Origin: an uncultured Candidatus Saccharibacteria bacterium
GTDB lineage: Bacteria > Patescibacteriota > Dojkabacteria > SC72
DNA: 64,000 nt
Direction of reading: 5' to 3'
NCBI GenBank assembly: GCA_964514595.1
Contig: CAZEQZ010000001.1
Coordinates: forward strand, 331,847-395,846
Shown here: in pieces, positions 28,877 to 39,039 of the stretch
Numbering within the stretch: the stretch's first letter is position 1
Layout of the letters: every line of letters starts with the position of its first letter
Position numbers and translations under genes: made by a program
Notes under the pieces: model-generated
Seen by the model: the letters and a program-made list of their open reading frames with translations, nothing else
Database searches by the model: none
Told to the model about the DNA's origin: nothing

Positions 28877-30445
28877 ATGGAAGATTTTCAATCAATAGAG
28901 GGTTCAGAAAAAGAAGAGAAATCTATTAGTCGAAGGGAGTTTCTAGGAACAATAGGAAAGGGAGCATTAGCAATGGCATTTATGCCCCATTTGGATATTA
29001 AAAATGAACAAGACTTAGTAGAAAACAATCCGTTTGCTGAGATCTCTCAATCATATGTTGCCAATAATCATGATGATGCTATTAAAGTTGCATGTAATCT
29101 TAGGGGTGTAAGTACGGCTTCTGCCGAAAATATATGTGGTCCTTTAGCGACTGCGATCCTCTTGGGTTACAAATTAAATGAAGATGGTACATTTAGTCAA
29201 ATTTGGAATGAAGATGTAAATAAGGTAAGGATGGAGGGTGATGTATCTCCTAATGATATGTGGTTAGGAAAATTTGATCACGAGTCGAGATTTAGATGGG
29301 CCTTTCCAGAAGAGAAATATGAACGTTATCGTATAAATGCTAGTGTAGGGAAATTAGATTTCAGTGATATCCCGGGTGCAAAAGAATTAGAAGTAGGAGA
29401 TTTTCTATATCTTTACGGTGGTTCTTTTACACACTATATAGCAATATCCAGGAAAGATCCAGATGGAAGGGTATACTGTGTCTCTAACGTTCATGGTGAC
29501 TACAAGGAGCATTTTGAGATAAGGGAGTTAATGCTTTGGGATCCTAAAACAAAGGATGGATTTTTCAGACAATGGGCAAGAGGTGCAGGAGGATTAAAAG
29601 CTACAACAGGGACCAAAGGTTTTTATATTGCAAGAAGAAAGACTCCTGGTGAGATACTTTTGGATGATACTGTCTCTGAAAAGTCACGCAATGTTTTATT
29701 AAATAAAATGCTGGAGAAAAAACAGGGCAATTGGAATGTGTTAATCACAGAGATGGGAGAAGGAAAACTTTTTGAATGGAGAAATGGGGCCCCCTATACA
29801 ACAGATTCGGCTATGAAGCTACCACTATCCATTTTCGCAATGAGAATATTTGAAGATATGCATAAGGAGATGATTAGGGCCAAAGGTTTAAAGGCTGTAC
29901 TAGAGGAAGAGATTTATGATAGAAAGTCATTTAATGAATTAATGGTAAATATGCTACAAAATTCTGATCCGAATGCAATACATAGCATAATAAAATATAT
30001 AAAGGAGAGTAGGAATATAGATGAAATAACATATGAGTTTGGAATGAGAGAGACTAGTTATAAACCTTCAAGAAGGACCTCGCAAAAGGACATGTTTAAG
30101 TGTTGGGATGAGCTTTATTCTGGGAAGTCACTTTCCACTGATTCCCGAAGCTACATTCTGCAAAATATTGCAATTAAACCGGAAGATAATACTTTCTTAT
30201 CTAACGAAATTAAAAAATATATTCCAACTGCCAAGTTATGGGGAGTAAGGGATGAGATAAGGGGACATGCACCTAGTACGCAAGAAAGTTGTATTATAGG
30301 AGTTGATTCCAGATACTATCATATTAGTATTGCAGGAACTTCTTCAGAAGGAAGAATACTAACCAAAGATGATGCTGAACAATTCACAAGGGAAATAATT
30401 AGTAATTTGGGTTCCTATTTGCAACAAAGACAAAGGGAGAAGTAG
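28877..30445 (+). CDS. Twin-arginine-motif protein: putative Cys/His hydrolase domain fused to a beta-lactamase-like serine hydrolase domain
   Basis: SRREFLG; ICGPLA and HYIAI in the N-half; DSAMK (SxxK) and MLQNSD in the C-half. Confidence 0.6.
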   Translation: MEDFQSIEGSEKEEKSISRREFLGTIGKGALAMAFMPHLDIKNEQDLVENNPFAEISQSYVANNHDDAIKVACNLRGVSTASAENICGPLATAILLGYKLNEDGTFSQIWNEDVNKVRMEGDVSPNDMWLGKFDHESRFRWAFPEEKYERYRINASVGKLDFSDIPGAKELEVGDFLYLYGGSFTHYIAISRKDPDGRVYCVSNVHGDYKEHFEIRELMLWDPKTKDGFFRQWARGAGGLKATTGTKGFYIARRKTPGEILLDDTVSEKSRNVLLNKMLEKKQGNWNVLITEMGEGKLFEWRNGAPYTTDSAMKLPLSIFAMRIFEDMHKEMIRAKGLKAVLEEEIYDRKSFNELMVNMLQNSDPNAIHSIIKYIKESRNIDEITYEFGMRETSYKPSRRTSQKDMFKCWDELYSGKSLSTDSRSYILQNIAIKPEDNTFLSNEIKKYIPTAKLWGVRDEIRGHAPSTQESCIIGVDSRYYHISIAGTSSEGRILTKDDAEQFTREIISNLGSYLQQRQREK

Positions 30446-30458
30446 TATCGAGGTATTT

Positions 30459-31577
30459 TTATTTCTTGTATATTCTAGGGACTCTTTCACTGATACTAGT
30501 TAGCATATCCCAAATTGATCTTTCTGAGAGCGAAGATAATTTATAAAGAGAAATATTATCTCCCCACAACTCTACTGTATCGCCTACATATGCTTCTCCA
30601 GTCTTTCCCAGACTTACCATAACTTGATCCATACACACCCTTCCTGCTAGTGGATATATTTTATCATTAACATACACATATCCTTTATTTGACAATGTAG
30701 ATGGATATCCATCTGCATATCCTACGGGTAGGGTAATGATACGGGATCTGTTCTCCGTAGTATATGTTCTATCATATCCAACAGTATATCCTTTCTCTAA
30801 AACCTTAAAATATGATACTTTTGTAAAAAATTTCATAACAGGTTTTAGTAATCTTTGTATCTTAGGATTAAAACTGTATCCATACAGCATAAGGCCAGGT
30901 CTTGCCATATCAAAAAAGGAGTCTTTGTAATTGTTTGATACCGCACCACTATTTGCTAAGTGAATAATTGGAGGAAGTTTATAGTTCTTTTTAATATATT
31001 CCAATACCTTACTAAACCTCTCAGATTGTAAATATGTATATATTTTGTCATTAATAGAATCAGAAAAATGAGAGAATATTCCTACAATATTAATATTCTC
31101 TAAACTGTATGCTTTATCTATGAATTTTTCTTTCCTATCCCACTGTACCCCTATTCTACCCATACCAGTATCAATTTTAAGATGTATATTAGCACATTTT
31201 CCTAATTTCTTAGCCACTTTAGATATGTTCTCTATTTTTTCAATAGAAGATCCTGTCATATCGACATCATATTTAAGATACAATGGAACCTGTGAGTTAG
31301 TAATAGCACCTAATACAAGTATTGGCTTTTTAATACCATTCTCTCTTAAGTATATTGCTTCTTCCAAATATGCCGTGCCTAAGTAGTCTACATTTAATTT
31401 TTCTAATTCTTTGGATATTTCTACTAACCCATGTCCATATGCATTTGCTTTAACTACACCCATTAGTTTTGTATTTTTACCAATAATATTTCTAATCACC
31501 AAGACATTATTTTTAAGGTTATTTAAAGAAATCTCTACATAGGTCGGTCTGTTTTGGAATATAGGACTATTAAACAT
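30459..31577 (-). CDS. alr: Alanine racemase
   Basis: VVKANAYGHG, DTGMGRIG, PVGYADG, GRVCMDQ. Confidence 0.97.
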   Translation of the reverse strand: MFNSPIFQNRPTYVEISLNNLKNNVLVIRNIIGKNTKLMGVVKANAYGHGLVEISKELEKLNVDYLGTAYLEEAIYLRENGIKKPILVLGAITNSQVPLYLKYDVDMTGSSIEKIENISKVAKKLGKCANIHLKIDTGMGRIGVQWDRKEKFIDKAYSLENINIVGIFSHFSDSINDKIYTYLQSERFSKVLEYIKKNYKLPPIIHLANSGAVSNNYKDSFFDMARPGLMLYGYSFNPKIQRLLKPVMKFFTKVSYFKVLEKGYTVGYDRTYTTENRSRIITLPVGYADGYPSTLSNKGYVYVNDKIYPLAGRVCMDQVMVSLGKTGEAYVGDTVELWGDNISLYKLSSLSERSIWDMLTSISERVPRIYKK

Positions 31578-31578
31578 A

Positions 31579-32574
31579 CTAAGCGTTTTCTATGAAAAAT
31601 GTAATGAGTTTTGTAAAATTCATCCCAATGGCTTTAGCTTCTTGGGGAATTAACGAGGTAGCAGTCATACCAGGAAGGGTATTTGTTTCTAGAAAATATA
31701 TATCAGATCCTTTTATTAAGAAATCAGACCTACTGTATAGTCTACATCCAAGTAGTTTGTGAATTTCTATTGCTAATTTGGAAACTTGATCCCTTTGTTT
31801 TTTAGGAATACCAACAGCTGGTATTCTTTCAATAGAACCTCCTATATCGTATTTAGATTTATAATCAAAAAAAGTAGCTTTTTGGGGGATTATTTCTATT
31901 GGAGGAAGTGATATAAATGTACCATTTTTCTTTTCTAAACACCCACAACTCACTTCCACATAATCTTCTATAAGTTCCTGTACTAAAATCCCCCCACCAT
32001 TATCTTTATATTTGTCAAAATCCTTAAGAGAGTTTTTAACATCATTATTGTCTTTTAGCGGGTAGGCACACACACTAGAACCATCTCTATTTGGTTTTAC
32101 AAAAAGAGGTAGTTTACTGTTTCTGAGTATACTTTCTAAATCTTTTAATTTAATAAGTTTTGTTTTCACCTCAGGTAGCTTTAAATATTTATTAACCAAA
32201 GTACAAGATCTGTACTTATCCATACATAATCTACTTGAATATGAATCTGATCCTGTAAATTTGACATTGTTTTCTTCTAAGTATGTTTGTATAACACCAT
32301 CCTCACCAAATTGACCATGAGTTGCTAGGAGAACTAAATTATACTGTTTTAACTTTTTAATACCACTATCCAGTGAAATGGGTTTGTTTTTGATACTGTT
32401 AATAGATAGTGGTTCTAGAATCTTTGTAAAAGAAAATCTCTTTTTTTTGTCTACAATACATAGCGATACTAAATATCTTTTGTAATCGATATAGTTAAGT
32501 ATTGATTGAGCTGTGGAAATAGACACTTCATGTTCGCTGGAAGGACCACCACATAATATGAGGACCTTTTTCAT
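31579..32574 (-). CDS. ddl: D-alanine--D-alanine ligase
   Basis: GGPSSEHEVS, HGQFGEDG, FDYKSKY, ETNTLPGMT. Confidence 0.95.
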   Translation of the reverse strand: MKKVLILCGGPSSEHEVSISTAQSILNYIDYKRYLVSLCIVDKKKRFSFTKILEPLSINSIKNKPISLDSGIKKLKQYNLVLLATHGQFGEDGVIQTYLEENNVKFTGSDSYSSRLCMDKYRSCTLVNKYLKLPEVKTKLIKLKDLESILRNSKLPLFVKPNRDGSSVCAYPLKDNNDVKNSLKDFDKYKDNGGGILVQELIEDYVEVSCGCLEKKNGTFISLPPIEIIPQKATFFDYKSKYDIGGSIERIPAVGIPKKQRDQVSKLAIEIHKLLGCRLYSRSDFLIKGSDIYFLETNTLPGMTATSLIPQEAKAIGMNFTKLITFFIENA

Positions 32575-32754
32575 ATATGGATATATTATATATGGAACCT
32601 ATTAATAATCAAGGAATCTCTTATATACTTTCTAATCATTCCATGTTATACTCCATCTTCGTTTAATGTAGATTCACGAAATAAGTACCTTACGGTTTAA
32701 ATTTTATATTCGGTTATCTATAAGAAACTGAAAATAAAATAAATATATACAACC

Positions 32755-33936
32755 GTGAGACATTATCACAGAAATAATGGAGGATATCGCCATAATAGAT
32801 ATAACAACAATACAAGAAGATCTAGGTATAAGCCAAATACAATCTCTGTAGACAAACTAATTGCAAAAGCAGTGGATAGTGAGCCTATGAATATGTTTGT
32901 AGATGATTTTGAGTATTCTCAATTTGAGATAACAAAGGTTTTAAAAAGAAATGCCTATGAAAAGGGATATAGTCACCCCACAAAAATACAGTACAAAGCT
33001 ATACCGGAGATATTAAGTGGAAAAGATATATTAGGAATAGCGACAACTGGTTCAGGAAAGACGGCAGCTTTCTTAATACCAATGATAAATAAAATTGTTA
33101 AGGATAGAAATAGTAGATGCTTGATAGTAGTGCCAACTAGGGAACTAGCTATGCAGATACAGGATGAATTTAGACAACTTTCAAGAAACACCGGTATTAA
33201 TAGTGTTTTAATAATGGGTGGTAATAGTATGAGAACTCAAATTAGTATATTAAGAAGAAATCCTGAGTTCATAATATCTACACCTGGAAGATTAAAAGAT
33301 TTGACAGAAAGAAGAGAAATTAATCTTTCTACTATAAATAACGTAATACTGGATGAAGTAGATAGAATGCTAGATATGGGATTTATAAATGATATTAGAT
33401 TCATAATTGATAGACTGAAAAAGGAAAGGCAATCTCTGTTTTTTTCTGCTACTATGAATAATAAGTCTGAGCAGATAGCGAATACTCTATTAAACAACCC
33501 TGTAAGGATAGAGATAGAGAAGCAGGAACCTGGAAGAAATGTTGATCAAGATGTTGTTAGATTAGATAGAAACGAAAACAAATTTGATGTGTTATTAAAT
33601 CTTCTAAAAAAGGAAGAGCTCAAAAAAGTTCTCATATTTACTGCTACAAAGAGAGGTGCAGATAATCTGTGTAGAAAATTAGGAGAGTCTAGGATATATG
33701 TTGAGTCTTTACACGGAAATAAGAAGCAGAATCAAAGGAGTAGAATAATTGATAAGTTTAAGAAAGGTAGTATTGATGTTTTAATAGCTACGGATGTAGC
33801 ATCTAGAGGATTAGATGTTAATAATATCTCTCATGTGATTAATTATGAAATGCCTCAATCATATGATGATTATATTCATCGTATAGGAAGAACAGGAAGA
33901 GCAGGCAAAAAAGGATTTGCTTTAACCTTCGTTTAA
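32755..33936 (+). CDS. DEAD-box RNA helicase
   Basis: TGSGKT, PTRELA, DEVD, SAT, HRIGRTGRAG. Confidence 0.95.
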   Translation: MRHYHRNNGGYRHNRYNNNTRRSRYKPNTISVDKLIAKAVDSEPMNMFVDDFEYSQFEITKVLKRNAYEKGYSHPTKIQYKAIPEILSGKDILGIATTGSGKTAAFLIPMINKIVKDRNSRCLIVVPTRELAMQIQDEFRQLSRNTGINSVLIMGGNSMRTQISILRRNPEFIISTPGRLKDLTERREINLSTINNVILDEVDRMLDMGFINDIRFIIDRLKKERQSLFFSATMNNKSEQIANTLLNNPVRIEIEKQEPGRNVDQDVVRLDRNENKFDVLLNLLKKEELKKVLIFTATKRGADNLCRKLGESRIYVESLHGNKKQNQRSRIIDKFKKGSIDVLIATDVASRGLDVNNISHVINYEMPQSYDDYIHRIGRTGRAGKKGFALTFV

Positions 33937-34400
33937 TCCTTAAGTAAATCTTTATACTCTTTTACAATAATTATCCCATTGTCACTCAGTAGTTGGGCCA
34001 ATATACCCTTTCCTTCTATCAATGTACCACTAAAGGTCCCGTCATATGTTAAGCTATATCCACACGAAGGGCTTTTTTCTGCTAATATAGCATGAGTGAT
34101 ATTAATTGATTTGCAAAATTTCAATATTTCCTGAGCACCCGAGACGAAATTACTGGTAACATCTTTCCCATCTTTTGTTAAAACTCTACCTTTTCCATTC
34201 AGTATGTCCTTTGCTGTATATCCTTTCTCTATTTCTGAAGGCTCTCTGGGTGTTGTGAGGCCTCCTAGTTGCTCTGCACAAAGAGGATAGAAATCAATGT
34301 TATTGATCAAAAGGAATGAAAGAAGATTTTCATCTAATTTACTCTTTCCATCATATCTTGTAGCCATCCCTAGCAAACAAGGGCTAACAAGTATCTTCAT
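33933..34400 (-). CDS. DUF523 / TudS-like thiouracil desulfidase
   Basis: SPCLLG..RYDG, CAEQLGGL..PR, KSPSCG (three cluster-ligand Cys). Confidence 0.85.
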   Translation of the reverse strand: MKILVSPCLLGMATRYDGKSKLDENLLSFLLINNIDFYPLCAEQLGGLTTPREPSEIEKGYTAKDILNGKGRVLTKDGKDVTSNFVSGAQEILKFCKSINITHAILAEKSPSCGYSLTYDGTFSGTLIEGKGILAQLLSDNGIIIVKEYKDLLKD

Positions 34401-34421
34401 AGTATTGCTAATTTAATTATT

Positions 34422-35066
34422 TTACTTTGTACCAAAACACCTGTCTCCACAGTCCCCAGGACCATTTACTATATAGAACTTCTCATTTAGGTCACTAGGT
34501 CCAAATACGGAGTATATATTAATATCAGGATACTCCTTTCCTATATTTTTTATACCCTTTGTAGCAGAATGTAAACAACATATAAGTACCTTTTTAGGTT
34601 TAACCTTTTTATATATCACATCTATGCATGCTAGAAGGGAAGATCCAGAAGCTAATGCAGGATCTGTTATTATCACAACCTTATTATCTAAATCCTCTAT
34701 TCCTCTGTTGTAATCAGTATCTGCTATTATTTTGTCTCCTTCCTGTCTTCTCCAGGCACTAATAAAGGATATACAACTGTTAGGGAAGGCCTCTCCCATT
34801 CCTAGAGCCATTGTAGTACCTGCTCTAAGTACATTGACTATTCCTATCTTGTCTTCATCTGTTATCTCGGATGTGAGTGAACCTAATGGAGTTTTAGTGG
34901 TTTCTTTTTTTGTAGGGAGTATATCTCTGCTAGCTAGGTCTATACCCATGTATAGACCTAATAATCTAGCAGACTCTCTATACTCATGAGGATTAATATC
35001 CTTATCATGAAGTTTCAACCCAATATTTTTTACTACTGGATTGTTAAGTAGAGTAAAGTTTGTCAT
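34422..35066 (-). CDS. upp: Uracil phosphoribosyltransferase (divergent)
   Basis: VLRAG, DPALASGSS, YIVNGPGDCGDR.FGT; start 35066 overlaps the upstream stop (TAATG). Confidence 0.85.
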   Translation of the reverse strand: MTNFTLLNNPVVKNIGLKLHDKDINPHEYRESARLLGLYMGIDLASRDILPTKKETTKTPLGSLTSEITDEDKIGIVNVLRAGTTMALGMGEAFPNSCISFISAWRRQEGDKIIADTDYNRGIEDLDNKVVIITDPALASGSSLLACIDVIYKKVKPKKVLICCLHSATKGIKNIGKEYPDINIYSVFGPSDLNEKFYIVNGPGDCGDRCFGTK

Positions 35067-36109
35067 TACAATATTGCCTTTTCCCATATAGAAAGGGTAT
35101 ATATTTTTGTAACGTCAATATTTTTAACTTCTTCTATATACTCTGTAGCTATATCTACAGTCTGTTGAAGCTTTTCTAGATTGATGTAGAATAACCCTTC
35201 ACTCTCTCCATCATCTGCTTGATATAATTTTGCTGTTTCTTTAGCCATCCTTATTTGATGATCCTTTGCTGTTACATCATTAGCAGTAAAATCTAGGTTC
35301 ATTAAATCAACCGCTTCTTCTGGATTTGTAATAGCATATTCCCAACCTCTTATACTTGCTCTAAGGAACCTTACTAATAGGTCCTCATTGTTGTTTAGAA
35401 AGTCTCTTTTAACAAACAGAGCATCCTGAAGCATACCTGCACCCTCCTCTTCCATATCAAATACTGTGAAGTCATCTTCACTATATCCTTGTTCGATAGG
35501 TAGCCAATACTCGTTATATATCATCGCAGAGGCAAGATCTATTTCACCATTTAATAACTGATTCATATCAAAGTTCTGGCTTACTAATGTAACATCCCTA
35601 TCCTTATCCAATCCCTGCATCTCTATGAATGCATACGGTTCTAACTCATTTCCACCTGGCCATGTACCGATCTTTTTGCCTTCAATATCCTCAGGGGATT
35701 CGATACCGCTTTCTTTTAATGCCATTAGCCTCATTGCAGATCTTTGTAGTCCTTGACCAATATTAACAAGATCCTCTCCTTGAGATATAGCTGGAAGTAC
35801 ATTACCTGTCCACGCTACAGCGACATCTGCATCCCCTGCAATCAAGACATCTATTGGGTTTATCCCAACTCCTCCAGGAAGTATTTCAATATCTATTCCC
35901 TCTTCCTCATAGTAGCCTAGTTCTCTTGCAACAAGAAAACCCATGAATTGAGCTTGCTCTATCCACTTGAGTTGCAAGGTTACCGTATCCATATCACCCT
36001 TCTCTTCCTTGGGTGAATCCTTTAGGAAAAGGAAGTATACTCCCACTGCAACAAGAATAAGGAGTACAACCCCTATTAGGAGTGAACTAGAAGAATTTTT
36101 TTCTTCCAT
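35066..36109 (-). CDS. ABC transporter substrate-binding protein, NMT1/THI5 family
   Basis: LQLKW..QAQF.G..VA...GYY; FLRASIRGW.YA. Confidence 0.9.
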   Translation of the reverse strand: MEEKNSSSSLLIGVVLLILVAVGVYFLFLKDSPKEEKGDMDTVTLQLKWIEQAQFMGFLVARELGYYEEEGIDIEILPGGVGINPIDVLIAGDADVAVAWTGNVLPAISQGEDLVNIGQGLQRSAMRLMALKESGIESPEDIEGKKIGTWPGGNELEPYAFIEMQGLDKDRDVTLVSQNFDMNQLLNGEIDLASAMIYNEYWLPIEQGYSEDDFTVFDMEEEGAGMLQDALFVKRDFLNNNEDLLVRFLRASIRGWEYAITNPEEAVDLMNLDFTANDVTAKDHQIRMAKETAKLYQADDGESEGLFYINLEKLQQTVDIATEYIEEVKNIDVTKIYTLSIWEKAIL

Positions 36110-36146
36110 ATTAAATAATTAAAAATTTAAATATATATGTACCTAT

Positions 36147-36908
36147 CTATACTTTCTGCCAAGGTGTTAACTTTTTTTGCAAAGCCTCTACAGAGAAATA
36201 GAAGATAGTTCCAAATATCGCTATATAGAATATGCTTGCCCATACTAAGGGAAGGTTGTACAGACCTTTCTTAGATAGTATAAATATTCCAATACCCCCA
36301 TAGCCTCCAAAAAATTCTGCTGTTATAGCTGAAAAGATTGCGGTAATTACACTAACCTTTATGCAATTCAATATAGAGGGAAGAGATTTGGGAAGAAGTA
36401 TCTTCTTTAATATATCTTTCTCAGTTGCGGAGTATGTAAGTAATAGGTCGTGATGATCTTCCTCCATATTTCTAAGTTGGGAAAGCACAGTAATGAACAT
36501 AGGGAAAAAGATTATCAAAGATATAATTAATATCTTCTGATCTATATTTGTCCCCATAATACCTCCTAAGATTGCTGAGAGCGCTATTAGGGGTATTGCA
36601 TTGATTAATACAAAGGTGTTTATTAATTTCCCAGAGATTTTCTCTTTCTTGTATATTAATACTGCTACTAGAAATCCAACAACATTCCCAATTATCCATC
36701 CCGGAATAATCTCTTTTGTAGTATATAAAAGTTCCTTTACTATTATGTCGTGTTGATTAAAGGCAACCACAAATATTTCACTGGGCTTTATTAGTACTGC
36801 CCTTGAAACATTTATGATATCTAATACAACTTCCCAAAGGATAAAGAATAAAATAACTGAGATTATTGAAATAATTAATGACTTTTGATTATTAACAACT
36901 TGCTTCAT
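36147..36908 (-). CDS. ABC transporter permease (SsuC/TauC-like)
   Basis: IP.IAL; LPKSLP; AEFFGG..GIG. Confidence 0.9.
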   Translation of the reverse strand: MKQVVNNQKSLIISIISVILFFILWEVVLDIINVSRAVLIKPSEIFVVAFNQHDIIVKELLYTTKEIIPGWIIGNVVGFLVAVLIYKKEKISGKLINTFVLINAIPLIALSAILGGIMGTNIDQKILIISLIIFFPMFITVLSQLRNMEEDHHDLLLTYSATEKDILKKILLPKSLPSILNCIKVSVITAIFSAITAEFFGGYGGIGIFILSKKGLYNLPLVWASIFYIAIFGTIFYFSVEALQKKLTPWQKV

Positions 36909-37677
36909 TTAGATACCCCCTAACCTCTTTAATATATTTAAAATACTGAGTACTGTTTTCCTCCTTCTCCCTAGGATATGCAAGATCAATATTAACTATC
37001 TTGTGTATAGTGGAAGGTTTCCTAGAAAGTACTATTACTTTTTGAGAAAGGTATACTGCCTCATCAATACTGTGTGTTATGAACAGGATTGTTTTTTTCG
37101 TTTTTCTCCATATCTTAATAATCTCATTATTCATTTTCCTTCTATTAATTTCATCTAAGGCTCCGAATGGTTCATCCATCAAAAGAAGCTCAGGATCATA
37201 GGCCAGTGCTCTTCCGATAGATACCTTCTGTTGCATGCCTCCTGAGAGTTCACTAGGTCGATACTCGGCATATTCGTTGAGTTCCAAGAGATTAAGTAAT
37301 CTGTTTACTTTTTCTTTTTGCCTCTCTTTTGAATACTGCATTATTTCTAATGGAAGGGTGATATTGTTGCGAACATTTCTCCACTCAAGGAGTGTTGCTC
37401 TTTGCAGTATAAGGCCAAGTTCTCTGTTTTTAGATGCTGTTTCTGGTTTCTTCCCCAATATTCGAATACTGCCCTCTATTTTGCATGAATCTTTTGTTGG
37501 GAGACCGCTGAGTAATCTAAACAGGGTTGATTTTCCACATCCTGAAGGTCCTATTATGCAGTTGAATGTTCCTTTGGATATGCTTAGATTTATATTACTT
37601 AAAACATTCAAATCTTTCCCATCTCCTTGAAAATTAGCCGTCAAATTTTTAACTAATATTGCTTTAGTATTGTCCAT
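36892..37677 (-). CDS. ABC transporter ATP-binding protein (SsuB/TauB-like)
   Basis: GPSGCGKST, LSGGMQQ, LLMDEPFGALD, ITHS. Confidence 0.95.
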   Translation of the reverse strand: MDNTKAILVKNLTANFQGDGKDLNVLSNINLSISKGTFNCIIGPSGCGKSTLFRLLSGLPTKDSCKIEGSIRILGKKPETASKNRELGLILQRATLLEWRNVRNNITLPLEIMQYSKERQKEKVNRLLNLLELNEYAEYRPSELSGGMQQKVSIGRALAYDPELLLMDEPFGALDEINRRKMNNEIIKIWRKTKKTILFITHSIDEAVYLSQKVIVLSRKPSTIHKIVNIDLAYPREKEENSTQYFKYIKEVRGYLNEASC

Positions 37678-38530
37678 ATTTGTATTTGGTAGATATATAT
37701 TTTTCTAAGTAGGAGATTAGTTTAAAGAAGAGTAATGATATTAAGGATATCAGTATCACACTAACCCATACCCTTGGTATTAATTGGTTGTTAAAAGAAT
37801 TGTATATGTCTTTCCCGATACCATTTCTTACAGAGAGTGGTAACTCTGTAATTATGGTTGCAACTATACTCGAAGTGGCAACTATCTTCATTACAGAAAG
37901 TAATGGTGGGATTAAGGATGGGAGTGTGAGGTATCTAAATAACAGTAATTTCTTTTGAGTGTATGTATGGAGTAATAGAATATAGTTTTCAGGTATATTT
38001 ATTATTGAATTCTTTATTATTATTGCTATTGGAAATATTGTAAACATCACAATTAAAACTATCTTTGTAGTTTGTCCATATCCTAATATCGCTGCCATAA
38101 TAGGTGCTAAGGCAGGTACAGGTACTACCTGAGTCAAAAATAGGAATGGGAAGAGGATAGAGTCTAATATCTTGCTTCTAGATAGTAATATCCCAATAAT
38201 ACTTCCAATAATAAGTGAGAGAGTAAATCCAATTAAAGCATCTTTGAAGCTGTATAGTGATTTAATTAAAACTGTTTTATATGCTGTAGATTTAGGAATA
38301 AAGAATTCCTTCTGTATAAAATCAAGAAGATCTGTTGGACGAGGAATAATTCTTTTTGGGATGTTAAACTTGATTGTTATAAATTCCCATATTAGTAAAA
38401 GAATTGCCAGAAAGATTATGATTTTAACAATTTCTATAATCTTTTCCCTTTTTATGCAAAAAAAAAGACCAAATAGGTCTTTTACTCTGGTCTTAATATT
38501 CTTTAGTTTTGTTTTTCTTAGAGTAGTCAC
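37664..38530 (-). CDS. ABC transporter permease
   Basis: QVVPVPALAP; LPSLIP; GIG. Start uncertain. Confidence 0.85.
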   Translation of the reverse strand: MTTLRKTKLKNIKTRVKDLFGLFFCIKREKIIEIVKIIIFLAILLLIWEFITIKFNIPKRIIPRPTDLLDFIQKEFFIPKSTAYKTVLIKSLYSFKDALIGFTLSLIIGSIIGILLSRSKILDSILFPFLFLTQVVPVPALAPIMAAILGYGQTTKIVLIVMFTIFPIAIIIKNSIINIPENYILLLHTYTQKKLLLFRYLTLPSLIPPLLSVMKIVATSSIVATIITELPLSVRNGIGKDIYNSFNNQLIPRVWVSVILISLISLLFFKLISYLEKYISTKYKYGQY

Positions 38531-38599
38531 TCTAAGAGTACAATATACTATATGAAATTTTTTGTGTCAAATATGTTTCGAAAATATTTGAAAAAGATC

Positions 38600-39022
38600 C
38601 TATTTTAGGACCTTATACCCACTCATCTTCCCACTTAAGTATCCATGCAGGGTGCTTCCTGTTAAGAGGACAGTTGGTAGTTGTACAAATAAAAGATTGA
38701 ATAGTAATAAGTCGAAGGGAAAGAGTATCCATATAACTATTGTAGAAAAACTTAAAGTGTAAAGAGACGTATATATTAATTGGTTCCTAACAGGATATTT
38801 CTTCTTCCAATATATACCTAACAGTATCATGCCTAGGGATCTATTTTCCGTTAGAAATATGAAAGAAAGATTGTATAGAAAAAATATTAATACAAGAACT
38901 ACTTTGTATGTAGTTGTAAATCCATAGGACAGATAAAAGGGTATTGATAAAGATACAACAAATATACTGTTTATTATTGATACAGAGAGTTTTTGTAATG
39001 CATTGGTATTTCTTATCTGCAA
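38600..39022 (-). CDS. Hypothetical membrane protein (RDD-like)
   Basis: Hydrophobic; RSLGM..LG and TLHGYLSG patterns. Confidence 0.6.
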   Translation of the reverse strand: MQIRNTNALQKLSVSIINSIFVVSLSIPFYLSYGFTTTYKVVLVLIFFLYNLSFIFLTENRSLGMILLGIYWKKKYPVRNQLIYTSLYTLSFSTIVIWILFPFDLLLFNLLFVQLPTVLLTGSTLHGYLSGKMSGYKVLK

Positions 39023-39039
39023 TTAAGTTCTAATAAAAT

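Noticed and set aside
32575-32754. Long 5' region of the DEAD-box helicase as a thermosensor or riboswitch
   Set aside because: No convincing structure or motif seen.
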